Assembly: GCA_964594125.1 (NCBI GenBank)
Contig: CAZQLL010000032.1
Span: forward strand, 1 to 42,406
Direction: 5' to 3'
DNA length: 42,406 bases
From: an uncultured Thermoanaerobaculia bacterium
GTDB lineage: Bacteria; Acidobacteriota; Thermoanaerobaculia; Thermoanaerobaculales; Thermoanaerobaculaceae
A model generated the notes under the pieces. It saw nothing but the letters and a program-made list of their open reading frames with translations. It had not been told where the DNA came from and made no database searches. Below are positions 1-10,104 of this stretch, piece after piece (within the stretch, counting starts at the first letter, position 1; each line of letters starts with the position of its first letter). The translations under genes and the position numbers were made by a program.

Positions 1-247
1 TCCCCTTGGCATCGCTGAACGCTCATCTCCACGCCCTCCATCGCTTCCTGTGCGACCGGCCCCGTGTCCGACAACGCAGGTTCCTCAATGCCCTCGCCGT
101 CTTCGCCGAGCACCAGCAGAGGCAAAGTTAGCGCATATGGGAGGGCAACCTCCCCGGCTTACCCGACACCGCGGGATCCTTCGTCGGCCTTCGGCCTCCT
201 CAGGATGACCCCCGTTTGCTGTGGTTGATGGCTCGCCGGAGGTGCGG

Positions 248-916
248 ATGAGAGTCCTGAGGATCGCTGTCTTCCCGCTCGTCGCAGTTGCGATGGTGAA
301 CGGAAGCGCTTCAGCCCAGAGCGCCGCAGGCACCGCGGAGGCGACGCCGGTGGTCATCACGCTCGACACGGCGGCCGGAGAGATCGACGTCGCCGTGTTC
401 GCCGACAGGGCGCCGCTGTCGGCGGCCGACTTCCTGCGCTACGTCGACCAGGGACGCTACGACGGCGCCGCTTTCTACCGCACGGTGCGCGCCGACAACG
501 ATCGCGGCAACCCTAGGATTGCGGTGATCCAGGGCGGCCTCGTGGACGAGACCAGGGCGCTGCCGCCGATCCCCCACGAGACCACCCGCGACACCGGCAT
601 CACTCACCTCGACGGCACGCTGTCGCTCGCTCGCGGCGCGCCCGGCACCGGCGGCGGCGCGGCGTTCTTTATATGCGTCGGCGACCAGCCGGCGCTCGAC
701 TTCGGCGCCACCCGCAACCCGGACGGGCAAGGGTTCGCGGCGTTCGGCCGGGTGGTGCGCGGCATGGACGTGGTGCGGACGATCCACGCGATGCCCGCGG
801 ACGCCCCGTCGCCCTCCGAGTACATGAAGGGGCAGCTCTTCTCCGATCCGGTGGTGATCCGCAAGGCCTTCCGGAAGCCGGCAGCGGCGGTGGTGACGGA
901 GCTCAACCACCTCTGA
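248..916 (+). CDS. Cyclophilin-type peptidyl-prolyl cis-trans isomerase, secreted/periplasmic
   Basis: Cyclophilin-like core (motifs FYRTV..., GGLVDE, FFICVGDQPALD, FGRVVRGMDVV). Signal peptide MRVLRIAVFPLVAVAMVNGSASA. SD ggaggtg sits 5 nt before the ATG at 248; the ORF track starts at an upstream in-frame ATG at 221. Confidence 0.85.
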   Translation: MRVLRIAVFPLVAVAMVNGSASAQSAAGTAEATPVVITLDTAAGEIDVAVFADRAPLSAADFLRYVDQGRYDGAAFYRTVRADNDRGNPRIAVIQGGLVDETRALPPIPHETTRDTGITHLDGTLSLARGAPGTGGGAAFFICVGDQPALDFGATRNPDGQGFAAFGRVVRGMDVVRTIHAMPADAPSPSEYMKGQLFSDPVVIRKAFRKPAAAVVTELNHL

Positions 917-969
917 CCGCCCGCGGACCATTCCCCCGCACTGGAGTTGCACACTGTAGGCGCTCACTC

Positions 970-997
970 TTGCAATCTGGGAATTGAATCCCATAAT
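970..997 (+). promoter_or_regulatory. sigma70-like promoter TTGCAA-N16-CATAAT, 6 nt before the ATG at 1004 (leaderless)
   Basis: Read directly: ttgcaa at 970-975, cataat at 992-997, in a locally AT-rich patch of a 70% GC region. No SD before the start. Confidence 0.4.
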
Positions 998-1003
998 GCA
1001 AGC

Positions 1004-2146
1004 ATGATCGAGCGAGTCCATCGCCGCCAGGTAGAGGACAGACTCAAGCGGTTCCCGGCCGTGGCGCTGATCGGGCCGCGGCAGTGCGGCAAAACGACGC
1101 TCGCGCGACAGCTCGGCGGCGTCTACTTCGACATGGAGACGGCGGGGAGCGAGGCGCGGCTCGACGCCGAGTGGGACTCGCTCGTCGCCGGGAGCCGGCT
1201 CGTCGTCATCGACGAGGCACACAACGCCCCGGCGATCTTCCCGCGCCTGCGCGGCGCGATCGACGACGACCGCAAGCGCTGCGGACGGTTCCTGCTGCTG
1301 GGGTCGATGGCGCCGGCACTCATGCGGGACGTCTCGGAGTCGCTCGCCGGGCGCCTGGGTCTGATCCACATGACACCGTTCCTGCTGCCCGAGTTGAAGG
1401 CCCGCCAGATGGACGATCTCTGGCTGCGCGGCGGGTACCCCGACGGCGGGATCCTCGATCCCGCAATGTTCCCGCAGTGGCAGGACAGCTACCTCGAGCT
1501 GCTGACCGCGCGGGACCTCCCGAACTGGGGCCTGCCGGCGAAGCCGCGGCAGACGGTGCGCCTGCTGGCAATGCTGGCGGCAAGCCACGGCCTCCCCCTG
1601 AACGCCTCTCAGATCGGTGCATCGATGGCCCTCGACCACAAGACGGTACTGAGCCACTGTGATTTCCTCGAGGGCGCGTTCCTCATCCGCCGGCTGCAGC
1701 CGTACGCTACCAACATCAGCAAGCGCCTGGTCAGGACACCCCGCGTGCTGTGGCGCGACTCCGGCCTGCTGCATGCCCTGATGGGGGTCGCCAGCCTCGA
1801 CCACCTCTACGCTCAGCCGTGGCTCGGGCAGAGCTGGGAGGGGTTCGTCATCGAGCAGACGCTCGGCACGCTCTCGGCGGTGGACCGGCGCGCGACTCCA
1901 TACTACTTTCGCACCTCCGACGGCTGGGAGCTGGACCTGGTTCTCGACTGGGGCGCCGAGCGCTGGGCGGTCGAGGTCAAGCTGACGTCCAACCCAACCC
2001 CGGCGATGGTCGAGCGCCTCAACCGCACCGCGGACCTCATCGGAGCGAGCCGGCGCGTGCTCGTCTGCCGCATCGCCCGCAGGATCGAGACGGAGAAGCT
2101 GCTGGTGGCGAGCCTGCCGGTGTGGCTGCGGTCGCTCGCGGGCTGA
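1004..2146 (+). CDS. AAA+ ATPase with C-terminal DUF4143 domain (COG1373-like)
   Basis: Walker A GPRQCGKTTLAR; Walker B LVVIDEAH. The C-terminal half matches the DUF4143 ATPase family. Start taken at MIERVH (ATG 1004) by alignment with its paralog; the track ORF begins at 947. Confidence 0.8.
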   Translation: MIERVHRRQVEDRLKRFPAVALIGPRQCGKTTLARQLGGVYFDMETAGSEARLDAEWDSLVAGSRLVVIDEAHNAPAIFPRLRGAIDDDRKRCGRFLLLGSMAPALMRDVSESLAGRLGLIHMTPFLLPELKARQMDDLWLRGGYPDGGILDPAMFPQWQDSYLELLTARDLPNWGLPAKPRQTVRLLAMLAASHGLPLNASQIGASMALDHKTVLSHCDFLEGAFLIRRLQPYATNISKRLVRTPRVLWRDSGLLHALMGVASLDHLYAQPWLGQSWEGFVIEQTLGTLSAVDRRATPYYFRTSDGWELDLVLDWGAERWAVEVKLTSNPTPAMVERLNRTADLIGASRRVLVCRIARRIETEKLLVASLPVWLRSLAG

Positions 2147-2168
2147 GCTGCGCTTGAGTGCCCCCGCT

Positions 2169-3362
2169 TCACCAGGCCGTGGCTTGGTCGTCCAGAAGGC
2201 TGGCGATACCCGACCACGGCACGACACGGATGTCCCGCTGCAGGCGGGCCTCGTCGCCCCCGTAGACCACGGCCCGGTCGAGGCGGCGCACACCGGGGGG
2301 CAGGGTGATCCGGCGAGGCAGCGTCTCCAGAGCAGCGAAGAAGTCGGTGGCAACGGTCTTGCCGGACTTGACCTCGAGGGCGAGCCAGCGCTCGCCGTCG
2401 GCCACCACGACGTCCACCTCGTAGCCCTTGTGGTCCCTGAGGAAGTGGAGGTCGTGTCGCAGCCCGCGGTGGGCGCGCCATTTGAGGATCTCGCTCACGA
2501 CCCAGCTCTCGAAGATCGCGCCGCGCAGGGGGTGCTCGCGAAGTTGCTCGGGGCGCCGGATCCCGAGCAGGAAGCAGAGGAGACCGGTGTCGTGGAAGTA
2601 GAGCTTGGGCGTCTTGACCAGGCGCGTGCCGATGTTGGCGTGGTAGGGGTGCAGGCGGAAGGTGAGGAAGCTCGTCTCCAGCACCGAAAGCCACGCACGC
2701 GCCGTGTTGTGGGTGATGCCGCAGTCGGCGCCCAGCGAGGAGAGGTTGAGCAGTTGCCCGACCCGGCCGGCGCACATCCGAAGGAAAGCCTGGAACGCCT
2801 CGAGGTCGCCGATGTTGAGAAGGAGCCTGGCGTCGCGCTCGACGTAGGTAGCCACGTAGGCGCCGAGCCAGTCATCCGCCGGCACACCGCGATCGAAAAT
2901 CGCCGGGTAGCCGCCCGTCCACACCGTCGCCAGCAGGTCGAGCGGTGCCCCCGGGAACAGCCGCAGCTCGTCAAGGCTGCACGAAAAGAGGTGCAGGACG
3001 GCGGTACGGCCCGCCAGCGACTGGCTGATCGTCTCCAGGAGCGCGAGGTTGGCCGAGCCGGTGAGGACGAACCTGCCCGGGCGCGGGTCGGCATCCACCT
3101 CGCCCTGCATGTAGGAGAGCAGGTCGGGAGCTCGCTGCACCTCGTCGATGACCGCACCGCCGCGGAGCGAATCGAAAAAGCCGCGCGGGTCCGAGCGTGC
3201 GAATGAGCGGATGTCCGGGACCTCCAGACTGACGTAGCGGTGCTCGGGGAAGACGGTACGGCACAGCGTGGTCTTGCCGGACTGCCGAGGACCCGTGACC
3301 GTCACCACCGGGAAGTACTGCGCCAGCCGGGCCACCTGTTCACCGAGCGTACGTGCAATCAC
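2169..3362 (-). CDS. AAA+ ATPase with DUF4143 domain, paralog of 1004..2146, convergent with it
   Basis: Walker A GPRQSGKTTLCR; Walker B AVIDEVQ. The N-terminus VIARTLGEQVARLAQYFPVVTVTGPRQSGKT aligns with MIERVHRRQVEDRLKRFPAVALIGPRQCGKT of the paralog. Start placed at GTG 3360-3362; the track extends to TTG at 3398. Confidence 0.8.
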   Translation of the reverse strand: MIARTLGEQVARLAQYFPVVTVTGPRQSGKTTLCRTVFPEHRYVSLEVPDIRSFARSDPRGFFDSLRGGAVIDEVQRAPDLLSYMQGEVDADPRPGRFVLTGSANLALLETISQSLAGRTAVLHLFSCSLDELRLFPGAPLDLLATVWTGGYPAIFDRGVPADDWLGAYVATYVERDARLLLNIGDLEAFQAFLRMCAGRVGQLLNLSSLGADCGITHNTARAWLSVLETSFLTFRLHPYHANIGTRLVKTPKLYFHDTGLLCFLLGIRRPEQLREHPLRGAIFESWVVSEILKWRAHRGLRHDLHFLRDHKGYEVDVVVADGERWLALEVKSGKTVATDFFAALETLPRRITLPPGVRRLDRAVVYGGDEARLQRDIRVVPWSGIASLLDDQATAW

Positions 3363-3368
3363 ACTATG

Positions 3369-3398
3369 AGGATAGGCTGCATCGGTACAATCTGTCAA
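3369..3398 (-). promoter_or_regulatory. sigma70-like promoter TTGACA-N18-TATCCT, 6 nt before the GTG start (leaderless)
   Basis: Minus-strand reading: ttgaca (plus 3393-3398), 18-nt spacer, tatcct (plus 3369-3374). Lies in an AT-rich islet at 3360-3430. Confidence 0.4.
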
Positions 3399-3595
3399 TC
3401 GAATTTACGATTACTAACACTGAGCGCTGGTCGCGATCGGGCCCATGGCAACGGCGCTCGGGGCGCTGTGCTTCGCCGCGCGGGTGCCGCGCAACGACCT
3501 GCGCGGGGAGTGAGCCGCCCGCCGAGCCCACGGATCAGGCTCCACCCGATCCGCGGGCCGGCTCCCGGTCGTCGCTGCCGCGCGACGGCCTATGA

Positions 3596-4498
3596 TTGCC
3601 CATGCCCTGGCGACTGCCGGACTTCACCTCGTACCTGCGCGACGAGCGCAACCTGTCGGCGCACACGCTGCGGGCGTACGAGCGCGAGGTGGCGGCGTTC
3701 GTGGAGTTCGCTTGCGGAGAGATGGGGCTCGGCAAGCCGCGCGAGGTGACGCCGGCGACGGTGCGGGCGTATCTGGCGCAGCTCCACTCGCGGCGGCTCG
3801 CCAAGGTGTCGGTGCAGCGGGCGCTGGCGGCGCTGCGCACGTACATGCGCTTCCTCGGCCGCGAGGGCGTGGTCGAGGCCAACCCGGCGCGCGTGGTGCC
3901 GACGCCGCGGGCGCCGAAGCCGCTGCCCGAGGTGGTCGGCGCGCCCGACGTCGCCGAGCTGCTCGACGCGCTCCCCGCCACCTCGGCGGGGCGGCGCGAC
4001 CGCGCCGCGCTCGAGCTGCTGTACGCGGCCGGCCTGCGGGTGAGCGAGCTGGTCGGCCTCGACCTCGACGACGTCGACCTGTCGCGGCGGCTGGTGCGGG
4101 TGCTCGGCAAGGGGAACAAGGAGCGGGTGGTGCCGTTCGGAAAGAAGGCCGAAGCAGCGATCCGCAGCTACCTGCCGGACCGCGCCGCCTGGCGCCACCA
4201 GGGAAAGGTGTCCGACGGCGAGGAGCCGCTGCTCGTCAACCAGCGCGGCACGCGTCTGTCGGACCGCTCGCTGCGCCGCATCCTCGACGCCGCCGTGCAC
4301 CATTGCGCACTCGTTCACAAGCTTCACCCGCACGCGCTGCGCCACGCCTTCGCCACCCACCTGCTCGAGGCGGGGATGGACCTGCGGGCGATCCAGGAGC
4401 TGCTCGGCCACACCTCGCTGTCCACCACCCAGCGCTACACCCACCTCGACCTCGCCCACCTCATGGAGACCTACCGCAAGGCGCACCCGAAGGCGTGA
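3596..4498 (+). CDS. xerC: Tyrosine site-specific recombinase, XerC/XerD family
   Basis: N-terminal SAM-like domain (YLRDERNLSAHTLRAYEREV). Catalytic C-terminus HALRHAFATHLLEAGMDLRAIQELLGHTSLSTTQRYTHL with R..H..R..Y. No phage or att context nearby. Confidence 0.8.
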   Translation: MPMPWRLPDFTSYLRDERNLSAHTLRAYEREVAAFVEFACGEMGLGKPREVTPATVRAYLAQLHSRRLAKVSVQRALAALRTYMRFLGREGVVEANPARVVPTPRAPKPLPEVVGAPDVAELLDALPATSAGRRDRAALELLYAAGLRVSELVGLDLDDVDLSRRLVRVLGKGNKERVVPFGKKAEAAIRSYLPDRAAWRHQGKVSDGEEPLLVNQRGTRLSDRSLRRILDAAVHHCALVHKLHPHALRHAFATHLLEAGMDLRAIQELLGHTSLSTTQRYTHLDLAHLMETYRKAHPKA

Positions 4499-4499
4499 G

Positions 4500-4534
4500 G
4501 AAGGCAAAAGGCAAGAGGCAACAGGAGGAAGGGC
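4500..4534 (+). repeat. Tandem heptanucleotide array (GGCAnnA x4 then GGG), immediately after the xerC stop
   Basis: gAAGGCA AAAGGCA AGAGGCA ACAGGAG GAAGGGC, period 7. Sister array at 15738..15772 on the opposite strand. Confidence 0.6.
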
Positions 4535-4665
4535 TGGAGGCGCGGGCGGGGGCGATCAGGGGCGGAGTTGCCTCGGGCCGACTGCGGCCGCTGCACACCC
4601 CGTCGCTGACCAGCACCGCCGGCTCCTCACCCTCACCGTCACACTCACCGTAGTACGCTGCGTGC

Positions 4666-5703
4666 GTGGTGACCAACGCCGAGCTCGCCGACGCGCTGTT
4701 CGCGCTCGCCGAGAGCCAGCCGCCGGGGGACGAGCGGGTGGGGCTGCTGCGGGCGGCCTACGCCGTGTTCGACCACCCGCGGGAGCTGGCGGGGTCGCGC
4801 CGGCTGCCGGAGTCGGTGCCGCTCGAGGCGCTGCCGACGGTGCAGATGCTGAAAGGGGCGGCCGGCGCCGACGCGCTCGCCGCCGTCGTGCAGCGCCTCG
4901 CCGGGCCGCACGCGATCCGCGGCCGGGCGACGCGCGAGGGGTTCCTGTCGGCGGCATTCGCGGCGCAGGTGGTGGACGGGGCGCCCGACCTCGACCCGCG
5001 CCAGCTCCGCGGCGCCGTCCACTGGCACACCCGCGCCTCCGACGGCGCCGCCCCGCTCGAGGTGATGGCGCGTACCTGCCAGCGCCGCGGCGCGTCGTGG
5101 GCGATCGTCGCCGACCACACGCGCGGCCTGGCCTGCGTCAACGGCCTCGACGGCGAGGGGATCGCGCTGCAGCGACGGGCCGTGGCGGCGTGGAACCGCC
5201 GGCACGCCGAGGACCTGACGCTGCTGCAGGGCCTCGAGGTCGAGATCCTCGAGGACGGCACCCTCGACCTGCCGCGGCCCGAACGCGCCGGCGTCGTCCT
5301 CATCGCCGCCGTCCACACCGGCCTCGCCGACCGCCACGACCAGACCCCGCGCCTGCTGCGCGCGCTCGACGAACCGGGCGTGTGGGCGCTCGCCCACCCG
5401 CAGGGGCGGCTGTTCAACCGCCGCGCCGGCGTGCGCGCCAACTGGGAGGTGGTGTTTCGCGCCGCCGCCGAGCGCGGGGTGCTGCTCGAGGTCAACGGCT
5501 TCCCGCGCCGCCAGGACCTCGACCCGACGCTGCTGGCGCTCGCGCGCGAGGCCGGCTGCTCGTTTCTCCTCGCCTCCGATGCGCACCACCCGCGCCACCT
5601 GGCGTTCGACGCCACCGCCGTCGCGCTCGCCGCGGTGGCCGGCGTGCCGCGCGAGCGCATCGTCAACTTCGCGAAGCGCGACGACCTCGAGATCACCGAG
5701 TAG
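4666..5703 (+). CDS. PHP-domain phosphoesterase (PolX C-terminal-like, no polymerase domain)
   Basis: His/Asp PHP motifs HWHTRASDG, ADHT, ASDAHHPRHL. GTG start at 4666; an in-frame TAG at 4651 rules out a longer N-terminus. Confidence 0.7.
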   Translation: MVTNAELADALFALAESQPPGDERVGLLRAAYAVFDHPRELAGSRRLPESVPLEALPTVQMLKGAAGADALAAVVQRLAGPHAIRGRATREGFLSAAFAAQVVDGAPDLDPRQLRGAVHWHTRASDGAAPLEVMARTCQRRGASWAIVADHTRGLACVNGLDGEGIALQRRAVAAWNRRHAEDLTLLQGLEVEILEDGTLDLPRPERAGVVLIAAVHTGLADRHDQTPRLLRALDEPGVWALAHPQGRLFNRRAGVRANWEVVFRAAAERGVLLEVNGFPRRQDLDPTLLALAREAGCSFLLASDAHHPRHLAFDATAVALAAVAGVPRERIVNFAKRDDLEITE

Positions 5704-5775
5704 CGGCCGCCCGCCGGGCGGTCGGCCTTTCGTGAATCCTGCAGGCTCGCACCACGGCCGCCCAGGCGGCGGCCG

Positions 5776-6708
<933 letters not shown>

Positions 6709-6717
6709 GGATCCCTC

Positions 6718-7110
6718 CTAGATCATCCAGTCTTCAGCGTTCGCGGCGCGCCGCTCGATGGCGACGAGGTCCGCGAGCGTCGTGCGCTCCAGCACCGCGC
6801 GGCGCGCGTCGGCGAGCGCGTCGGCCAGCCAGGCAGCGGCGCCGCGCCCGCGCGCCGGGGCCCCGCTGCCGGGCTCGAGATCGGCCAGCGTGACCGCCAC
6901 CGGCGGACGTGCCAGGCGCACGCCGCCGCGCCGTCCGCGCGTCGTCCGCACCGTGCCGGCGCGCGCCATCGCGGCGAGGAGCCGCCCCAGGAACGGCCCC
7001 GGGATGCGCCGCCGGCGCGCCACCTCGGCCGCCGTCAGGGGCTCCGGGTAGGCCGCGGCGATCTCCAGCAGCGCCTCGATGCGGTAGGTGTCGGTGGCAT
7101 TCACGATCAA
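6718..7110 (-). CDS. Rrf2-family transcriptional regulator, cysteine-free (CymR-like, no Fe-S ligands)
   Basis: Rrf2 wHTH signature (YRIEALLEIA...LTAAEVARRRRIPGPFLGRLLAAMARAGTVRTTRGRRGGVRLARP). The protein contains no cysteines. It lies directly upstream of cysK on the same strand. TTG start. Confidence 0.7.
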   Translation of the reverse strand: MIVNATDTYRIEALLEIAAAYPEPLTAAEVARRRRIPGPFLGRLLAAMARAGTVRTTRGRRGGVRLARPPVAVTLADLEPGSGAPARGRGAAAWLADALADARRAVLERTTLADLVAIERRAANAEDWMI

Positions 7111-7142
7111 TAGAGTCCGAAAACTCAGAGATTATTCCAGGC

Positions 7143-7171
7143 AAGAAGAAAGCGGCCCCGCGAGGGGCCGC
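7143..7171 (-). terminator. Rho-independent terminator after the mtrB-like gene
   Basis: Minus strand: stem GCGGCCCC, loop tcgc, stem GGGGCCGC, followed by TTTCTTCTT. Sits between the barrel stop (7193) and the Rrf2 start (7110). Confidence 0.6.
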
Positions 7172-7192
7172 GAAGGAATGATCCGGTCGGGC

Positions 7193-9130
7193 CTAGCGGC
7201 TCGACCAGCGAAGAAACAGGCCGTAGCGGTCGGACACGTAGTCGGCGACCGGCAGGAGCGTCTCGGTGTAGTCGCGGGACTCGAACTGCGCGTAGACACC
7301 GATCTCGTCGGTGATGCCGATGTCGATGCGGCCGTAGGCGCGGTCGAGGTCGAACGGCATGTCGCCCTCGTTGGAGTACCGGCTGACGCCGGCGTCGAGG
7401 CGGAACCGCGCGAGCTTGAGCGACACGCCGCCGTCGATGCTCTCGCCGTCCTCGGCGTAGAGCGAGGGCGAGGTCGAGAAGTCCTGCGGCGCGCGCACGA
7501 GGATCGTCGAGTCGGAGGTGTAGGTGTCGTAGCCGGCGCGCACGGTGAGCGCCTCGATCGGGGTGATCTCGAGCGCGGCGCCGTAGTGCTCGACCTGGGC
7601 GTCGTACTCGATGCCGACGGTCGGGTTGGCGAGGTCGATCCACTCCGCGGTGCCGAGGAAGTGGAGGTACTTTCCGAGCTTCAGGCCGGCGCGGGCGCGC
7701 AGGCGCTCGCGGTCGAGGTAGTCGGTGCGGACGATCGCGTCGTCGGTCTCGTCCTCGAGGTAGTCGACGCCGAGCGTCACCGGACCGAGCCTGGCGTCGG
7801 CGCCGGCCGAGCGGCGCTGGATCGCGCGGTCGTAGACGCCGCCCTGTCCGCCCGGCACCACGATCTCGGCTGCCGCAGGGGTGAGCGAGAGCTGCTGGTC
7901 GATCGAGCCGCCGCCGACCCACACGTTCACGCCCTTGACCGGCCGCACGACGACCTTGACGTCCGCCATGTCGTCGGAGCGCTCCCATGCGGTGTCGGCG
8001 GAGAGCAGCGCCGCGATGGTGCCGGTGGAGACGCCCGAGAACGTCACGGTGTCGAGGTAGACGGTGTAGACGAGGGCGCTGCCGGCGAGCGCGCGCTCGG
8101 CCGACGTGACGCCGGCGACGATGTCGAGCCAGCGGGTGACCTCGAGCTCGACGCGGACGTTGCCCCGCCGGGAGTCGCTCGAGGCGTCGCCGTAGGCGGT
8201 GTCGTTGGCGCCGGAGAAGAAGCGCTGGAGAGCGAACGAGGCGAACTGCCCGCGAGCGGTGAACGTCTCCTCGGTCTCGCTGTCGTTGCCGTTGGAGCGG
8301 ACGTAGGAGCCGGCGATGCGCACCCGGCGGCCGACCGTACCGGTCACAAAGGCGTTGGTGAACGGCGCCGAGCCGGTCGTGCGGCTGTGCCCCGCGAGCT
8401 GCGACGCGCTGACGTCGCGGCCGAGCACCGGGCGGGAGTTGTTGCCGCCGCTCGGCGCGGTGAGGAGCTGGTAGTCGTAGCTGGTGTCGACGCTCCGCCA
8501 CCCCTGCAGCACGGTGGCGCGCCAGGCGCCGAGCGTGAACGCGAGGCCGAGGCGGAACTCGCTCGTCTTCTCCTCGACGTCGTTGGCGAGCGCGAACTCG
8601 TCCTGCCCGAAGGCGAACGTCGTGGTGCCCGGGCCCCAGTAGCGCTGGTTCGTGTAGCCGACGAGCGGCGAGACCACGGCGCCGGGCAGCAGCTCGAGGT
8701 CGAGGTCGATGACGTCGCGGCGCCGATCGTAGGTGTGCTGGCCGGGGATGACGCCGCTCGCGATGAACGGGTTGGCGTACGCCGGCAGCGCCGAGTAGAG
8801 GTCGGCGCGGGTGTAGGCGAAACGCAGGGTGTAGGTGCGGGCGCGGCCGACCTGGGCGCGGAAGCGGGTGTCCGGGCTGGCGCCGATGCCGGCGGCGTCC
8901 ACCGTCATGCGGTCGAACAGCTCGCCCTTGGGGTCGGTCATCGTCACGCTCAGGGTGTCGAGGAGGAACCCCTCCTTGCCCTTGGCCTGCGTGCGGTACA
9001 CGTCCTCGTTGCCGGAAACGTCGTCCCACTGGTAGCCGATGCCGAGATCGAACTGCGTCGTCTGCGCCAGCGCCGGGGCGCCGGCGACCGCCGCGAGCAG
9101 GAGAGCGAGGAGCATCGCGCGTGTTTTCAT
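7193..9130 (-). CDS. Outer-membrane beta-barrel, MtrB/PioB-like porin partner of decahaem cytochromes
   Basis: Signal peptide MKTRAMLLALLLAAVAGAPALA. 645 aa with alternating hydrophobic beta-strand pattern, rich in Y/D/T/G. Lies immediately downstream (10-nt gap) of the MtrA-like gene. Gene order matches mtrC-mtrA-mtrB. Confidence 0.6.
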   Translation of the reverse strand: MKTRAMLLALLLAAVAGAPALAQTTQFDLGIGYQWDDVSGNEDVYRTQAKGKEGFLLDTLSVTMTDPKGELFDRMTVDAAGIGASPDTRFRAQVGRARTYTLRFAYTRADLYSALPAYANPFIASGVIPGQHTYDRRRDVIDLDLELLPGAVVSPLVGYTNQRYWGPGTTTFAFGQDEFALANDVEEKTSEFRLGLAFTLGAWRATVLQGWRSVDTSYDYQLLTAPSGGNNSRPVLGRDVSASQLAGHSRTTGSAPFTNAFVTGTVGRRVRIAGSYVRSNGNDSETEETFTARGQFASFALQRFFSGANDTAYGDASSDSRRGNVRVELEVTRWLDIVAGVTSAERALAGSALVYTVYLDTVTFSGVSTGTIAALLSADTAWERSDDMADVKVVVRPVKGVNVWVGGGSIDQQLSLTPAAAEIVVPGGQGGVYDRAIQRRSAGADARLGPVTLGVDYLEDETDDAIVRTDYLDRERLRARAGLKLGKYLHFLGTAEWIDLANPTVGIEYDAQVEHYGAALEITPIEALTVRAGYDTYTSDSTILVRAPQDFSTSPSLYAEDGESIDGGVSLKLARFRLDAGVSRYSNEGDMPFDLDRAYGRIDIGITDEIGVYAQFESRDYTETLLPVADYVSDRYGLFLRWSSR

Positions 9131-9139
9131 CTCGGCCTC

Positions 9140-10036
9140 CTAGCGCAGCAGCCGGGGCGAGACGTTCGACCCGTGAACGGCTGTGTGGCACGTGGTGCAG
9201 TTCTGGTAGCGCGGGCTGCGCAGGTCGTGCAGCGACGGCGGCTGCGAGCCGAGCGTCGTGCCGGTGATGTTGGAGTGGCACTCGAGGCAGAGCTGCGCCA
9301 CCGTCGAGCGCGTCAGCATCTTCGGGTTGACGGAGCCGTGCGGCTCGTGGCACGAGCGGCAGTCACCCGCGATCAGGGCGCCGTGCGTGAACACGAACGG
9401 CCCCCGCGTCTCGGTGTGGCACCCCAGGCACGCCGGCTCGCCGGCCGCGGTCTGCTTGATGTTGCCGTCGCCGCGCCCGTGCGGGTTGTGGCAGGCGTAG
9501 CACTGCATGCCGGCCGCGGTGCCGCCCTGGCCGACGGTTGAGTGCATCCGGTGCGTGTAGGGCTTGCCGAAGGTGCCGCGGGTCGCTGGGTGGCACGAGA
9601 CGCACAGCTCGCTGCCGGCGCTGCGCAGCAGCTTGGGCGACGGCTTGGCGCCGTGGATCGCGTGGCACGACTCGCAGTCGACGCCGGCGAGCGCGTGCGC
9701 GCCGCGCGGCTCGATGTCGTTGTAGCTCGTGCCGCCGTGGCAGGAGAGGCACACCATGGCGCCGGCGGTCCCTGCCGGCTTGCCGATCAGCGCGGTGTCG
9801 CCGCCGGCCTCGACGTGCTCCCTGGCGCCGGTGTGGCACGACGCGCACACCGCGCCCTCCGCCGCCTCCCGCCCCAGCGCGAGCGCGTGGGGGTTGGCCT
9901 TGAACTCGGCCGCCACCGTGTCGTGGCACTCGGCGCAGGGGAGCGCCTCCTGGGCCTTCTGCTCGGCGAGCGCCGCCGCCGGCAGGAGGAGAGCCAGGAT
10001 GCCAAGGGTGGCTGCCGTCTTTGCGAGGAATCTCAT
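9140..10036 (-). CDS. Periplasmic decahaem c-type cytochrome, MtrA/PioA/MtoA-like
   Basis: 10 CXXCH motifs in 298 aa (CAECH, CASCH, CLSCH, CESCH, CVSCH, CYACH, CLGCH, CRSCH, CLECH, CTTCH). Signal peptide MRFLAKTAATLGILALLLPAAALA. SD aaaggtgg before the ATG at 10036. The track ORF is artificially extended upstream to 10840. Confidence 0.85.
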   Translation of the reverse strand: MRFLAKTAATLGILALLLPAAALAEQKAQEALPCAECHDTVAAEFKANPHALALGREAAEGAVCASCHTGAREHVEAGGDTALIGKPAGTAGAMVCLSCHGGTSYNDIEPRGAHALAGVDCESCHAIHGAKPSPKLLRSAGSELCVSCHPATRGTFGKPYTHRMHSTVGQGGTAAGMQCYACHNPHGRGDGNIKQTAAGEPACLGCHTETRGPFVFTHGALIAGDCRSCHEPHGSVNPKMLTRSTVAQLCLECHSNITGTTLGSQPPSLHDLRSPRYQNCTTCHTAVHGSNVSPRLLR

Positions 10037-10104
10037 CGCATCCACCTTTCCGCATGCGGGCGGGCCGCCGGCTTTCCGGTCGGCCCGCCCCTGGTCTCCC
10101 GTGC

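Noticed and set aside
1-247. Possible gene fragment at the left edge
   Set aside because: No frame stays open. The region is treated as intergenic or UTR sequence upstream of the PPIase gene.
311-2353. 680-aa antisense ORF, and similar long ORFs (e.g. 7088..9541+, 7125..9353-, 11885..15238+, 18294..20789-, 18761..21544+, 21800..24085-, 24684..26873+, 23431..24960+)
   Set aside because: They are Arg/Pro/Gly/Ala-rich and low-complexity, overlap recognisable genes in other frames, and have no domains. They are typical GC-rich open-frame artefacts.
3596-4498. XerC as a phage or ICE integrase marking a mobile element
   Set aside because: The C-terminal motifs match chromosomal XerC/D. No att-like repeats, tRNA, or phage or conjugation genes were seen nearby. 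Only weak circumstantial association with the ATPase pair remains.
5704-5775. GC-rich stem-loops between the convergent PHP and cysK genes, as bidirectional terminators
   Set aside because: Stems exist (CGGCCGC...GCGGCCG) but there is no convincing U-tract on either strand, so the call is too uncertain.
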